A program made the position numbers and the translations under genes. From an uncultured Rickettsiales bacterium (GTDB lineage Bacteria > Myxococcota_A > UBA796 > UBA9615 > CAYRNR01): a stretch of DNA of 64,000 bases. The DNA is taken from positions 3,047-67,046 of the forward strand of contig CAZITQ010000015.1 of NCBI GenBank assembly GCA_964542165.1. Direction: 5' to 3'. Below, in pieces: positions 20,300 to 28,522 of the stretch (its first letter is position 1; every line of letters starts with the position of its first letter). The notes beneath the pieces are model-generated. The model searched no databases. It saw only the letters and a program-made list of their open reading frames with translations, and was not told the origin of the DNA.

Positions 20300-21216
20300 C
20301 AGAGACTCCTCCGGATGACCGTGCGGCTCTGGTCGCGCTGCTTCAGCTCGGCGCGCACCTCACCTTCCTCCCCCTTGCGAGGGTCGAAGGGGCCCTCGAA
20401 GGTCTGGATGGTGCGCTCCAGATCGATGGTGTAGCTGTGCTCCTGTAGATCGTTGCGGTCCAGGGAGAACAGCAGCTCCCCCTCCACCGTCCCCTCCCCG
20501 GTCACCCGCGTGACGTGGGAGGGATCACGGCCCAGCGCGCGCTCGTGAATCGTCCCCGAGTAGGTCAGCTGTACGCAGGCCTTGCCGATCAGGCAGGGCT
20601 CGGGTTCCGTGGTGCGCGTCCAGGCGACCTCCCAGGTCTGGTGGGCCTCGCTGAACCCATCGATCCGCAGAGGAAACGTCGTCCGCACCCGGGCGGGGAC
20701 GCCCACGTCGGGCAACTCGGTGGGCAGGCGGACCATCAGCTGGGGAAAGAGCTCGGCGAAGAGCTCGCCGTAGCGGCCATATCCGGCGAAGTGTTCGTAG
20801 CCCACCGCCTCGAAGACCTCGCCGCTGTCGAAGGTACGCATGGCCACGGACTTGCCGACCAGGCCGTCCACGTCGATATCCACCGGTCCTTCGGGGGTCT
20901 CTTGCCGGCCCTCGACGGCAGCCAGCCGGACCACCACGCCGGAGGTGCGGTCGACGAAGTACTGGGCCTTGAACTTCTCCAGCGTCCCGCTCAGCGAGAA
21001 CACCACGTCGACCAGCTCGGACTCCATGGCCGTCACCTGATCCGCGGTCGGACCGGCGGGCAGCTTCTCGAACAGGGTACGGAGGCGGTGTTCGGTCTCG
21101 AACTCGTAGTCGAGGGTGAGGTCGTCCGGTGTGTTCCAGCGCAGGGAGCGCACACTCCAGCCGCAGGAGCTCACCAGAAAGCCGAGGAGGAGCAGGATCA
21201 TGCCGCGGGTGCGCAT
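20299..21216 (-). CDS. Hypothetical lipoprotein
   Basis: ATG (complement of 21214-21216) gives MRTRGMILLLLGFLVSSCGW with a lipobox. No known domain recognised. First gene of a seven-gene co-directional array. Confidence 0.6.
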   Translation of the reverse strand: MRTRGMILLLLGFLVSSCGWSVRSLRWNTPDDLTLDYEFETEHRLRTLFEKLPAGPTADQVTAMESELVDVVFSLSGTLEKFKAQYFVDRTSGVVVRLAAVEGRQETPEGPVDIDVDGLVGKSVAMRTFDSGEVFEAVGYEHFAGYGRYGELFAELFPQLMVRLPTELPDVGVPARVRTTFPLRIDGFSEAHQTWEVAWTRTTEPEPCLIGKACVQLTYSGTIHERALGRDPSHVTRVTGEGTVEGELLFSLDRNDLQEHSYTIDLERTIQTFEGPFDPRKGEEGEVRAELKQRDQSRTVIRRSL

Positions 21217-21448
21217 GGCCCGCCATGATAGCGGGATCCCCCCACCCCGGCCGGACAAATCCGTCCGCACCGGCGACGGCCGGGGGGGTGGCGCGCCGGC
21301 TCGGGGAGGGTGGCGGGGGGAAGATCGCCGAAAAGCTCGGGGCCTCCGCCTAACCCATCGAGATCACAGCGTTCCAAAACTGCACAAAAAATAGGCAATC
21401 CGGAGCAACCCAAGGCACGCCGTCACTAGCGCGTCACAATTCTCAGCT

Positions 21449-21481
21449 CACCCACAGGGTTTTCCACAGGCCCTGTGGGTG
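21449..21481. repeat. Perfect 11-bp inverted repeat (cacccacaggg / ccctgtgggtg) with 11-nt loop
   Basis: Read directly. It lies 26 nt downstream of the DUF72 stop on the minus strand, and the loop contains a third copy of CCACAGG. No U-tract follows on either strand. Confidence 0.6.
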
Positions 21482-21506
21482 GTTCGGAAAACCCCAGCCA
21501 CGACGC

Positions 21507-22307
21507 TCAGTTGCCGACGTCGGCCTGCCGCAGGAGCCCTCCCAGCTGGGTCGCGTTGGCGGGCGCGAACCCATCGCGATGGTTGTTGAACAGCACCATC
21601 ACGGTCCGGCAGCGCTTGACCAGCTCCCGGATCCGGTCCACCCAGGGCAGCAGCTCGGCCTCGTCGTATCGGTAGGCGTACCGGTCGCCGGGATCCTCGG
21701 CCTGGTACCAGCGGGCCGCGTTGCGCCCGTGGAAGCGCAGGTAGCCGAGCTCGGTGGGGGCCATCGAGGTGATCGGGAACAACCCGGGCAGCCGGGGCTG
21801 GTCCACGTTGCACAGGCCGATCCCCCGCCGCCGGAGCCAGTCGAAGACCTCACGTCGGGCCCAGCCGCCGTTGCGCAGCTCCAGTACCAGGGGCAGGTCC
21901 CCCAGCTGGCGGTGCAGCCAGTTGACGTACCGGGCCGAATCCTTGGTGGGGTGGAAGGACTGGGGGAACTGCGCCAGCACCGCGCCCAGCACGCCCGCCT
22001 CGACCATCGGCGCCAGCGCCTCCACGAAGGACCGGGCGGCGGACTCGCTGCGGTCGCGCTCGTGGGTCAACCCCCCGTTGGCCTTGACGCTGAAGACCAG
22101 GCCCCCCTCCGTCCGCCGCACCATCCGCTCCATCGAGGCCGCGGTGGGCATCCGATAGTAGGTGTAGTTCACCTCCAGCAGGTCGAAGCGGGAGGCGTAG
22201 TGGTCCAGCAGCTTCGTCCGCGGGGTTCCTTCGGGATAGAACGGACCGATCCACTCCGGATAGGAGTAGCCGCTGCAACCGATCAGGAGGCGGGCGCCGG
22301 TGGCCAT
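21507..22307 (-). CDS. DUF72 (YecE-like) family protein
   Basis: From ATG (complement of 22305-22307): MATGARLLIGCSGYSYPEWIGPFYPEGTPRTKLLDHYASRFDLLEVNYTYYRMP... and RFHGRN...YRYDEAELLPWVDRI, typical of DUF72. The upstream 172 codons of track ORF 21507-22823 are Arg/Gly-rich junk. Confidence 0.8.
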   Translation of the reverse strand: MATGARLLIGCSGYSYPEWIGPFYPEGTPRTKLLDHYASRFDLLEVNYTYYRMPTAASMERMVRRTEGGLVFSVKANGGLTHERDRSESAARSFVEALAPMVEAGVLGAVLAQFPQSFHPTKDSARYVNWLHRQLGDLPLVLELRNGGWARREVFDWLRRRGIGLCNVDQPRLPGLFPITSMAPTELGYLRFHGRNAARWYQAEDPGDRYAYRYDEAELLPWVDRIRELVKRCRTVMVLFNNHRDGFAPANATQLGGLLRQADVGN

Positions 22308-22351
22308 ACTGAACAATTGTACAGCCAACCAGGAGGGGGGGGAAGTCGGGA

Positions 22352-23650
22352 TCAGTGACCGGGCATCGCGTCGCCGGGGCGTCCCTCGGCGTCCTCGTCC
22401 ACCCCCTCCTTGGGATCCTCGTCCCAGCACTGGAAGGACGCGCGCTGGAACCGCGCTCCCGTGAAGAACGCGGCGTTGGCGTTGTCGGAAGCCGCGACCA
22501 CGATGTCGTCGGGGTAGATGCGCCACAGCTGACGACCGGGATTTCTGACGACCACGAGGTCGCCGTCGGCGTCCTGGCGTGAGGTGTCGACGACCTTGAC
22601 CTCGCAGTAGCAGGAGGTGGCCGTCTCGTGGTAGCCGACCGTGGAGCCCGCATCCGCGCCGTGGGAGTTGTACACGGTCATCGCATGTCCGACCTCGGCA
22701 CCGTCGAGGGTCCCGCCGTTGACCCTCAGGATGCAGTCGTCCTCGTGCTCCTCGGCATAGACCTCCATCTGCTCGCACCAGGCCTCGAGGGCGGAGCAAT
22801 CGTCCCGGGCTTCCTCGATCCACTCGCCCCCGGTCTTGGAGACGATGTCGAAGTCCGCGTTCCAGTCCGCGGAGTGGGCCCGGTGGTAGTCCCCGGAATC
22901 GGTGGAGAAGGCGCGCCCCTGGGGATCGTCGGGATCCCGTCCACCGGCGGTGATCACGCCCGCGAGCATTCCCCGACCCCAGTCGTCGCCGTCGACCACG
23001 CCATCCCAGCCCTCGGGGACCACGCCCATCTGGTCGACCAGGGAATGGAGCACCGAGAGGGGCGCACAGATGCCCCGGCGGCGGGCCGGTTCATCGCCCT
23101 GCTCGTCGATGCTCTCCGGCTCGATGCCGGTGGTGCCGCAGTCCTCGCCGAGCACCGCGAACTCGACCACGGTGTACAGCCCGTCCGGATCCACCTCGAA
23201 ATCCTCGCCGTAGAAGGGTTCGGTCCAGTAGGGATCGAGCCAGAACACGGGTCCCTCCCCGGTGACGCCGGGCTCGACGCCGACCAGGTACTCGTGGCCC
23301 TGGTAGTGCGCCGCCAGGTGTTCCAACGCCCTCACCAACACCCCCTCCACGTCCTCGACCAGGTAGGGGTCCATCAAGCGCATCAGCCGCAGGTAGCTCA
23401 ACCGTGACGCGAACTCGTCGGGCCGATAGGAGTCGTTGAGCGGCTTGACGGCATCCCCATCCCCGACGCCGCCGCCGGGGATCGTCCATTCGCCGCCCTC
23501 CCCGCCGATCCGGTCACCGCCAGGCGTCGCGACGCCGCACCCCCGGGGATTGCAGGCCGAAAGGGGCAGGGCGAGGGTCGCGACCAACGCGGTGCGCCAC
23601 AGCCAGGTGGGCGGGGTCGGGAGCCGGCGGGTGGAGGGGTCGAACGTCAT
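22352..23650 (-). CDS. Hypothetical acidic lipoprotein
   Basis: AAGGAG (complement of 23657-23662) lies 6 nt before ATG 23650. The N-terminus reads MTFDPSTRRLPTPPTWLWRTALVATLALPLSAC with a lipobox. No domain recognised. Several Cys pairs. Confidence 0.6.
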   Translation of the reverse strand: MTFDPSTRRLPTPPTWLWRTALVATLALPLSACNPRGCGVATPGGDRIGGEGGEWTIPGGGVGDGDAVKPLNDSYRPDEFASRLSYLRLMRLMDPYLVEDVEGVLVRALEHLAAHYQGHEYLVGVEPGVTGEGPVFWLDPYWTEPFYGEDFEVDPDGLYTVVEFAVLGEDCGTTGIEPESIDEQGDEPARRRGICAPLSVLHSLVDQMGVVPEGWDGVVDGDDWGRGMLAGVITAGGRDPDDPQGRAFSTDSGDYHRAHSADWNADFDIVSKTGGEWIEEARDDCSALEAWCEQMEVYAEEHEDDCILRVNGGTLDGAEVGHAMTVYNSHGADAGSTVGYHETATSCYCEVKVVDTSRQDADGDLVVVRNPGRQLWRIYPDDIVVAASDNANAAFFTGARFQRASFQCWDEDPKEGVDEDAEGRPGDAMPGH

Positions 23651-23857
23651 GGTCATCTCCTTCGAAGTCTTCGGTTCATCGGTCAGCGCTCGGTCCCCTT
23701 CCCGTAGCAATCCCGATGCCAGGCCGCGCGCCGGCTGGTGTTCGATGGACGTCGAACCGGTGCGAGGGGGCGGAGGCCGGGGCGGGTGGCGCGGCGGGTG
23801 TAGCGGAGCGTGTAGAGCGAACGGAGCCGGGTTACACCCGCAACCCGGGGCGGACGT

Positions 23858-25783
23858 TCAGCGGAGTTCCACGAAGGAGCAGTAGAGGTCCGAGCGGACC
23901 TGGGTGGTCCTGGTGGGGAACGGCCCCCCCTCGAGGCGCTCCTCGAGGACCTCGAGGATCTCGTCGACGTGGAAGGCCTCGGAGTGGAACACCACCACCC
24001 GGTCCATTCTCGCCGCCCGGGCCTCGATGGTGTAGGCCACGTCCCACGCGGAGCTGAGGGCGCCGCGGTAGCCCGTGGTCCAGGTACCCAGGATCAGCAT
24101 CCGTCCCCGGATCAGGGCGTCCACGTACGCGGTCTCCCGCAGGGCGTGACTGGGCAAGCGCTCGACGCGGTAGAACACCAGCCCGGTCTTCTTGATCTCC
24201 ATGTCGCCGTCTGCCGGCGGCAGGCGCAGCTGCGTGCCCACCACCGCCATCGCGTCCCGGGACGGCAGCTCGGGCGGGGGCGCGCGCAGGGGTTTCAGGG
24301 ATCGGTGGCCGGAGGGTTCGTAGGTCGCGACCTCGAAGGACCGGGCCAGCGTCCCCTTGCCGTCCCAGGTCAGAATGGTCAGCACGGAGCCGACCAGGAG
24401 GACCCCGGCCAGCACCGGTCGCACCCGCCCCGCCAGTCCGACCCATGCCCCGCCGATCACGCACGCGAACACGAACAGAGTGAGCACGACCCGGACGTGA
24501 TTGCTCTGCATGTCGTAGGTCGACTCACCGAACTGCACCATCACCGCCCCGGTGATGGCCAGACCGACCACGGGCATCAGGCGCGCGAATCGGCGCCGCC
24601 GGACCACGACGAAGAAGACGACGCCGACGGGGATCAACAGGGCCGCGAAGCTGTACGACCAGCTGATCAGTCCGGCCATCTCGGCCAGAGTCTCGCCGAT
24701 GGACCCGGGATGGACGTAGTCGGTCTGGTGGCCGAGGTGGACCAGCAGGTCACCCAGCCCGAGGTAGTAGACGGGCGCCGCGACGACCGCCGCCAGGGCG
24801 ACGGCCAGCGCCAGGTTCCCCCAGCCGCGCACCGCGGCGGTCCGGTCCCCACCTCCGCGCCCCCAGAGGATCCCGAGCCCCGTACAGAGCCCCCCCCCGA
24901 CGAGCGCGGGAGCCAGGACGTAGGTGGCGTACATCCGGAACCACAGGCCGCTGTCGATCCAGCCGCCCGGGGTCAAGGCGGACTGCATGGCCCTGGACAC
25001 GCCGATCCCCATCACCGACACCATCACCAGCCCGATCGCCCCGATCGCGGCGCCTCGCCAGCCGGTCCGGAAGTTGGGCAAGGCGAACCAGACCATGGGG
25101 ATGGCGAGGTAGAACGCCGCGGACCACTTGAACAGCAGCGTCACCGCCAACGCCAGCCCGACCAGGACGGCCACCCACCGACGGCGGTAGGCATCCGAAC
25201 GCAGGATGAGGTACAGGGTGAGGGCGGTGAACGCGGTCTGGGGGCCGTCCAGGAAGTACTCCCGGGAGACCTGCGTCAGTGGGGGGGACGCCGCCCCCAG
25301 GGCCAGGACGCCGAGCGCCCCGTACGCACCGCCGAGCTCGAACCCGATCCCCAGCAGCGCCAGGAGCAGGACCAGTGTGTAGATCGCCTGTCCCTGGCGA
25401 GCCACCGCCGGTGACACGCCGAACGCTGCGAACACCGGATTGGTGATCAGGTACATGGTCGGCGGATAGGCGATGTAGCGAGGGTATCGGTCGCGCTCGA
25501 AGGTGGTGCTGTTGGCGATGGGTTCGCCGTAGCGCCGCAGGTAGGTCCGGTCGCCGGTCTCGAGGAACACGGAGAAGTTGGCCGACCGCATGTAGTGGCC
25601 GTCGTAGGTGATGCGCCCCACGTCCCGGGCGATGAACCGGTGATTCTCCACCAGGGACAGGCCGATGACCGCGGCGGCCACCGCGACGAACACGGCCACG
25701 CGGATCCTGCGCCCCCGGCGGACCCCCGGGCGGCCCGCCGCGGTCCCGCCTGTGCCCGTCCCGGCTGTGGTGCGGGGCGCCAT
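23858..25783 (-). CDS. Polytopic membrane glycosyltransferase (GT39/ArnT/PMT-like)
   Basis: ATG (complement of 25781-25783) follows a GAGGAGGAGAGGGA tract. At least 10 hydrophobic helices and a first periplasmic loop with IAYPPTMYLITNP-type motif. Large soluble C-terminal domain. Family call is by architecture only. Confidence 0.6.
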   Translation of the reverse strand: MAPRTTAGTGTGGTAAGRPGVRRGRRIRVAVFVAVAAAVIGLSLVENHRFIARDVGRITYDGHYMRSANFSVFLETGDRTYLRRYGEPIANSTTFERDRYPRYIAYPPTMYLITNPVFAAFGVSPAVARQGQAIYTLVLLLALLGIGFELGGAYGALGVLALGAASPPLTQVSREYFLDGPQTAFTALTLYLILRSDAYRRRWVAVLVGLALAVTLLFKWSAAFYLAIPMVWFALPNFRTGWRGAAIGAIGLVMVSVMGIGVSRAMQSALTPGGWIDSGLWFRMYATYVLAPALVGGGLCTGLGILWGRGGGDRTAAVRGWGNLALAVALAAVVAAPVYYLGLGDLLVHLGHQTDYVHPGSIGETLAEMAGLISWSYSFAALLIPVGVVFFVVVRRRRFARLMPVVGLAITGAVMVQFGESTYDMQSNHVRVVLTLFVFACVIGGAWVGLAGRVRPVLAGVLLVGSVLTILTWDGKGTLARSFEVATYEPSGHRSLKPLRAPPPELPSRDAMAVVGTQLRLPPADGDMEIKKTGLVFYRVERLPSHALRETAYVDALIRGRMLILGTWTTGYRGALSSAWDVAYTIEARAARMDRVVVFHSEAFHVDEILEVLEERLEGGPFPTRTTQVRSDLYCSFVELR

Positions 25784-25934
25784 CGTTCCCTCTCCTCCTC
25801 GCGGATCGCTCCAGGGTACCCCATCCGCTCTGCGGACCCGAACCCGGGCGTCCGGGAGCCGGTGCCGGCGCGTGTCGGGGACGATTCGGGACGTGGAGTC
25901 GATCAGGCTGTGGGGGAGGGAAGGGACAGCGACG

Positions 25935-26615
25935 TCAGAGGGTGCCGATGTAGGCGGCGACATTGCGCATGGCCGCCTCGTCGGGGAGCACGGTGTCCAT
26001 GGGGGTCATCACCGGGCCGGTGTGGGACTCGGACTCGAGGCTGCTGCCCCGGAGGCCGTCGCGGTAGTCCTTGAGCTCTCCGACGATGTACCAGTCTTGC
26101 AGCATGTCGAGGCGAGGCGCCTTCAGGGCGGGGTTGCCCTCGGCCCTGGCGCCGTGGCACGCCGCACAGCTGCCGTACAGGTTGCGGCCCAGGGCCGCGT
26201 TCCCGCCCAGGGGCGCGCCCTCCCCGTCCGCCCCCTGCCCCGCGGCTCCTGCGGGCACGGTCAACGCTGCGATGTACGCCGACACGGCGGCCACCGCCTC
26301 CTCGTCCGCCAGTGCGTGGGCCGACGGGCTCATCTGCTTGCCGAAGGTGTCCCTGGGCGACGTTCCACGGGCGCCGGAGCGGTAAGCCCACAGCTGCCCC
26401 TCCAGGTACGAGGCGTCCTGGCCGGCCAGGGCCGGCGCGTGAAGATCCCGATTCCCCTCGCCGCCGGCGCCGTGACACCCCGCACACGACGCGTAGAGCT
26501 GCTGCCCTGCGCTGATGTCGCCCGCCAGGGTGTCGCCCGCCAGACTGTCGCCCGCGACGTACGTGAGGGCTGCCAGCGCAGCCGCCGCTCCCAGAACCAC
26601 CGCCTTGTTCATCAT
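25935..26615 (-). CDS. Dihaem c-type cytochrome (class I, c4-like)
   Basis: MMNKAVVLGAAAALAALTYVAG signal. Two CxxCH haem-binding motifs (CAGCHG, CAACHG), each followed by a distal Met-containing segment. GGGGGAGG precedes the ATG pair at 26615/26612. Confidence 0.85.
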   Translation of the reverse strand: MMNKAVVLGAAAALAALTYVAGDSLAGDTLAGDISAGQQLYASCAGCHGAGGEGNRDLHAPALAGQDASYLEGQLWAYRSGARGTSPRDTFGKQMSPSAHALADEEAVAAVSAYIAALTVPAGAAGQGADGEGAPLGGNAALGRNLYGSCAACHGARAEGNPALKAPRLDMLQDWYIVGELKDYRDGLRGSSLESESHTGPVMTPMDTVLPDEAAMRNVAAYIGTL

Positions 26616-26902
26616 CGGCAACCTCCCCCGGGACCGTCGAGGCCCCCTGAGCCCGCTCGTTGCGGACGGGCGCGCGGCAGGAGCCGCGGACCGCCCGACG
26701 AGAACGAAGCGGAATCGGTGGATTGTAGCCGCCATCGCCGCGGCTCGCCCCTGGAAACCACACCGACCTCTCCCGACCCCGGGGCATCCCCCGAGTGCCC
26801 CGATCGACGGCCGGTGCCAGTGTGCTCGGTGCATGCTACTGTACCGCGACGCGCGCGCGGCGAGGATGGTTCCTGGGCTGCTGCCCGCTTCCTGGAGATC
26901 AC

Positions 26903-28309
26903 GTGGAACGCCCTGCGCCAACCCTTGTCCTTTCGCTGCTCATCGCCCTGCTGGCCCTCCTCGCCTCGGGTTGTCCGGCCGAAACGGAAGAGCTCACGAT
27001 CACCGACACGACCGTCGTCGAGAACGAGGCCAGCGTGCTGTCCTGCTGGCTCCGCTGGACCACCGACGCGCCGGCCACCTCCCGGGTGGAGTTCGGGGAG
27101 GGGGACTCGCCGTCGTTCTTCCTGGAGGACGCTGAGCTGGTCACCGAGCACGAGTTGCTGGTGTACGGCCTGCGCGCCGAGAGGACGTACGACCTGCACG
27201 CCGTCTCCGTCTCCGAGGACGGCACGGAGGCGCGGGCCGAGCCGGTCCAGTTCACCACCGAGCCCGTGCCCTTCGAGACGCTGGTGTTCGACCTGGGGAC
27301 CCACGATCCGACGCGGGCTCAACCGGGCTGGACCCTGGGCAACGTCGTGCTGGCCGACGGGCTCTGTCCCGCCGTGGCCGCGATGTACGACATGGACGGC
27401 GAGATGGTCTGGTACCACCGACTCGGAGACGAGTTGGGCCGGGCCGACGTGGTGACCCAGCTGGTCGACGAGTCGACCGTGCTCATCGGCGCCGGGGTCC
27501 CCTGCGGGATGCACACCATCGAGGTCGACCTGTCGGGGGAGGTGGTGTGGGAGGGGCCCGTCCAGGCGGACACCGGCATCTTCGACGCCGGCCAGACCCA
27601 CCATGTGTTCGAGAAGCTCCCCGGGGGCAGCTACCTGACGCTGTACTACGAGCACGACGACGACAGCTACGACCGGATCGTCGAGATGGACTCCGATCTG
27701 CAGACCCTGTGGGAGTGGCGCGGCATCGACCACCTCCCGGAGCAGATGGAGTACTACACCTGGGGCAACGGTGTGGTCCTGGACGAGGACGAGGGGACCA
27801 TGCTCTACAACAGCCGCGAGTACAACGCGGTGGTGAAGCTGGACCGGACCGACGGTGAGGTCCTGTGGACCTTCGGCGCCAACTTCGACGACTTCACCAT
27901 GCTCACCGAACACGACGATCCCTGGCCCGAGGGGGCGCACGCGCCCGAGCTCACCCCGGACGGGAACCTGCTGCTGTACGACAACGGCTACCCGAACCGG
28001 GAGGAGAGCCGGGTCGTCGAGTACGCCCTGGACGAGGACTCCATGACCGCCGAGCTGATCTGGGAGTACCCCGGGACGCTGGCCGAGGACTACTGGTTCA
28101 CCCCGAGCTGGGGCAACGTGAACCTGCTGGACAGCGGCAACCTGCTGGTCAACGCCAGCAGCAAGTACGGCGAAGAGGGCCGGACCCGGATCTTCGAGGT
28201 CACCCGCGAGGGCGAGATCGTCCACGAGCTGATCAGCGCAATGTCCGAGGAGCGGGGGGCTGGGGCCTTCAAGGCCACACGCATCCCTGCCCTGGTCGGC
28301 GAACTCTAG
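26903..28309 (+). CDS. Arylsulfotransferase (ASST)-like beta-propeller lipoprotein
   Basis: GTG 26903 lies 5 nt after GGAG. Lipobox LALLASGC. Fn3-like N-domain. Motifs GQTHHVFEKLPGGSY, HAPELTPDGNLLLYDNG and SRVVEYALDE...LIWEY resemble the ASST/Arylsulfotran_2 family. Assignment is by recalled motifs only. Confidence 0.55.
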   Translation: MERPAPTLVLSLLIALLALLASGCPAETEELTITDTTVVENEASVLSCWLRWTTDAPATSRVEFGEGDSPSFFLEDAELVTEHELLVYGLRAERTYDLHAVSVSEDGTEARAEPVQFTTEPVPFETLVFDLGTHDPTRAQPGWTLGNVVLADGLCPAVAAMYDMDGEMVWYHRLGDELGRADVVTQLVDESTVLIGAGVPCGMHTIEVDLSGEVVWEGPVQADTGIFDAGQTHHVFEKLPGGSYLTLYYEHDDDSYDRIVEMDSDLQTLWEWRGIDHLPEQMEYYTWGNGVVLDEDEGTMLYNSREYNAVVKLDRTDGEVLWTFGANFDDFTMLTEHDDPWPEGAHAPELTPDGNLLLYDNGYPNREESRVVEYALDEDSMTAELIWEYPGTLAEDYWFTPSWGNVNLLDSGNLLVNASSKYGEEGRTRIFEVTREGEIVHELISAMSEERGAGAFKATRIPALVGEL

Positions 28310-28327
28310 CAACCCGTCCAGGCCCAC

Positions 28328-28356
28328 GAAAAAACCCGCCCAAGTGGGCGGGTTTT
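28328..28356. terminator. Bidirectional rho-independent terminator
   Basis: aaaaaa-CCCGCC-caagtg-GGCGGG-tttt lies between the stop of the plus-strand CDS (28309) and the 3' end of the minus-strand tRNA (28371). A U-run is available on both strands. Confidence 0.65.
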
Positions 28357-28370
28357 CAGGGGTTTTTGAG

Positions 28371-28447
28371 TGGTGGCTCAGGGTGGACTTGAACCGCCGA
28401 CCTTGCGATTATGAGTCGCACGCTCTAACCAGCTGAGCTACTGAGCC
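28371..28447 (-). tRNA. tRNA with CAU anticodon (elongator Met or lysidine-dependent Ile2), CCA encoded
   Basis: Reverse complement reads GGCTCAG TA GCTC AGCTGGTTA GAGC G TGCGA CTCATAA TCGCA AGGTC GGCGG TTCAAGT CCACC CTGAGCC A CCA. Full cloverleaf with a perfect 7-bp acceptor stem. One C-A mismatch in the T stem. The anticodon arm resembles tRNA-Ile2, but identity cannot be settled by eye. Confidence 0.9.
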
Positions 28448-28522
28448 ACCGGCGCCGGGATTTCTAGTGCAAGGTCCGGCGGCTGTCAACGAGTTTCGAC
28501 AGACCCCGGCGATTCTCGACCA

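Noticed and set aside
21507-22823. Full 438-aa track ORF as the DUF72 gene
   Set aside because: The first 172 codons are Arg/Gly-rich and overlap the 3' end of the next real gene's region. DUF72-like sequence starts at the internal Met (22307).
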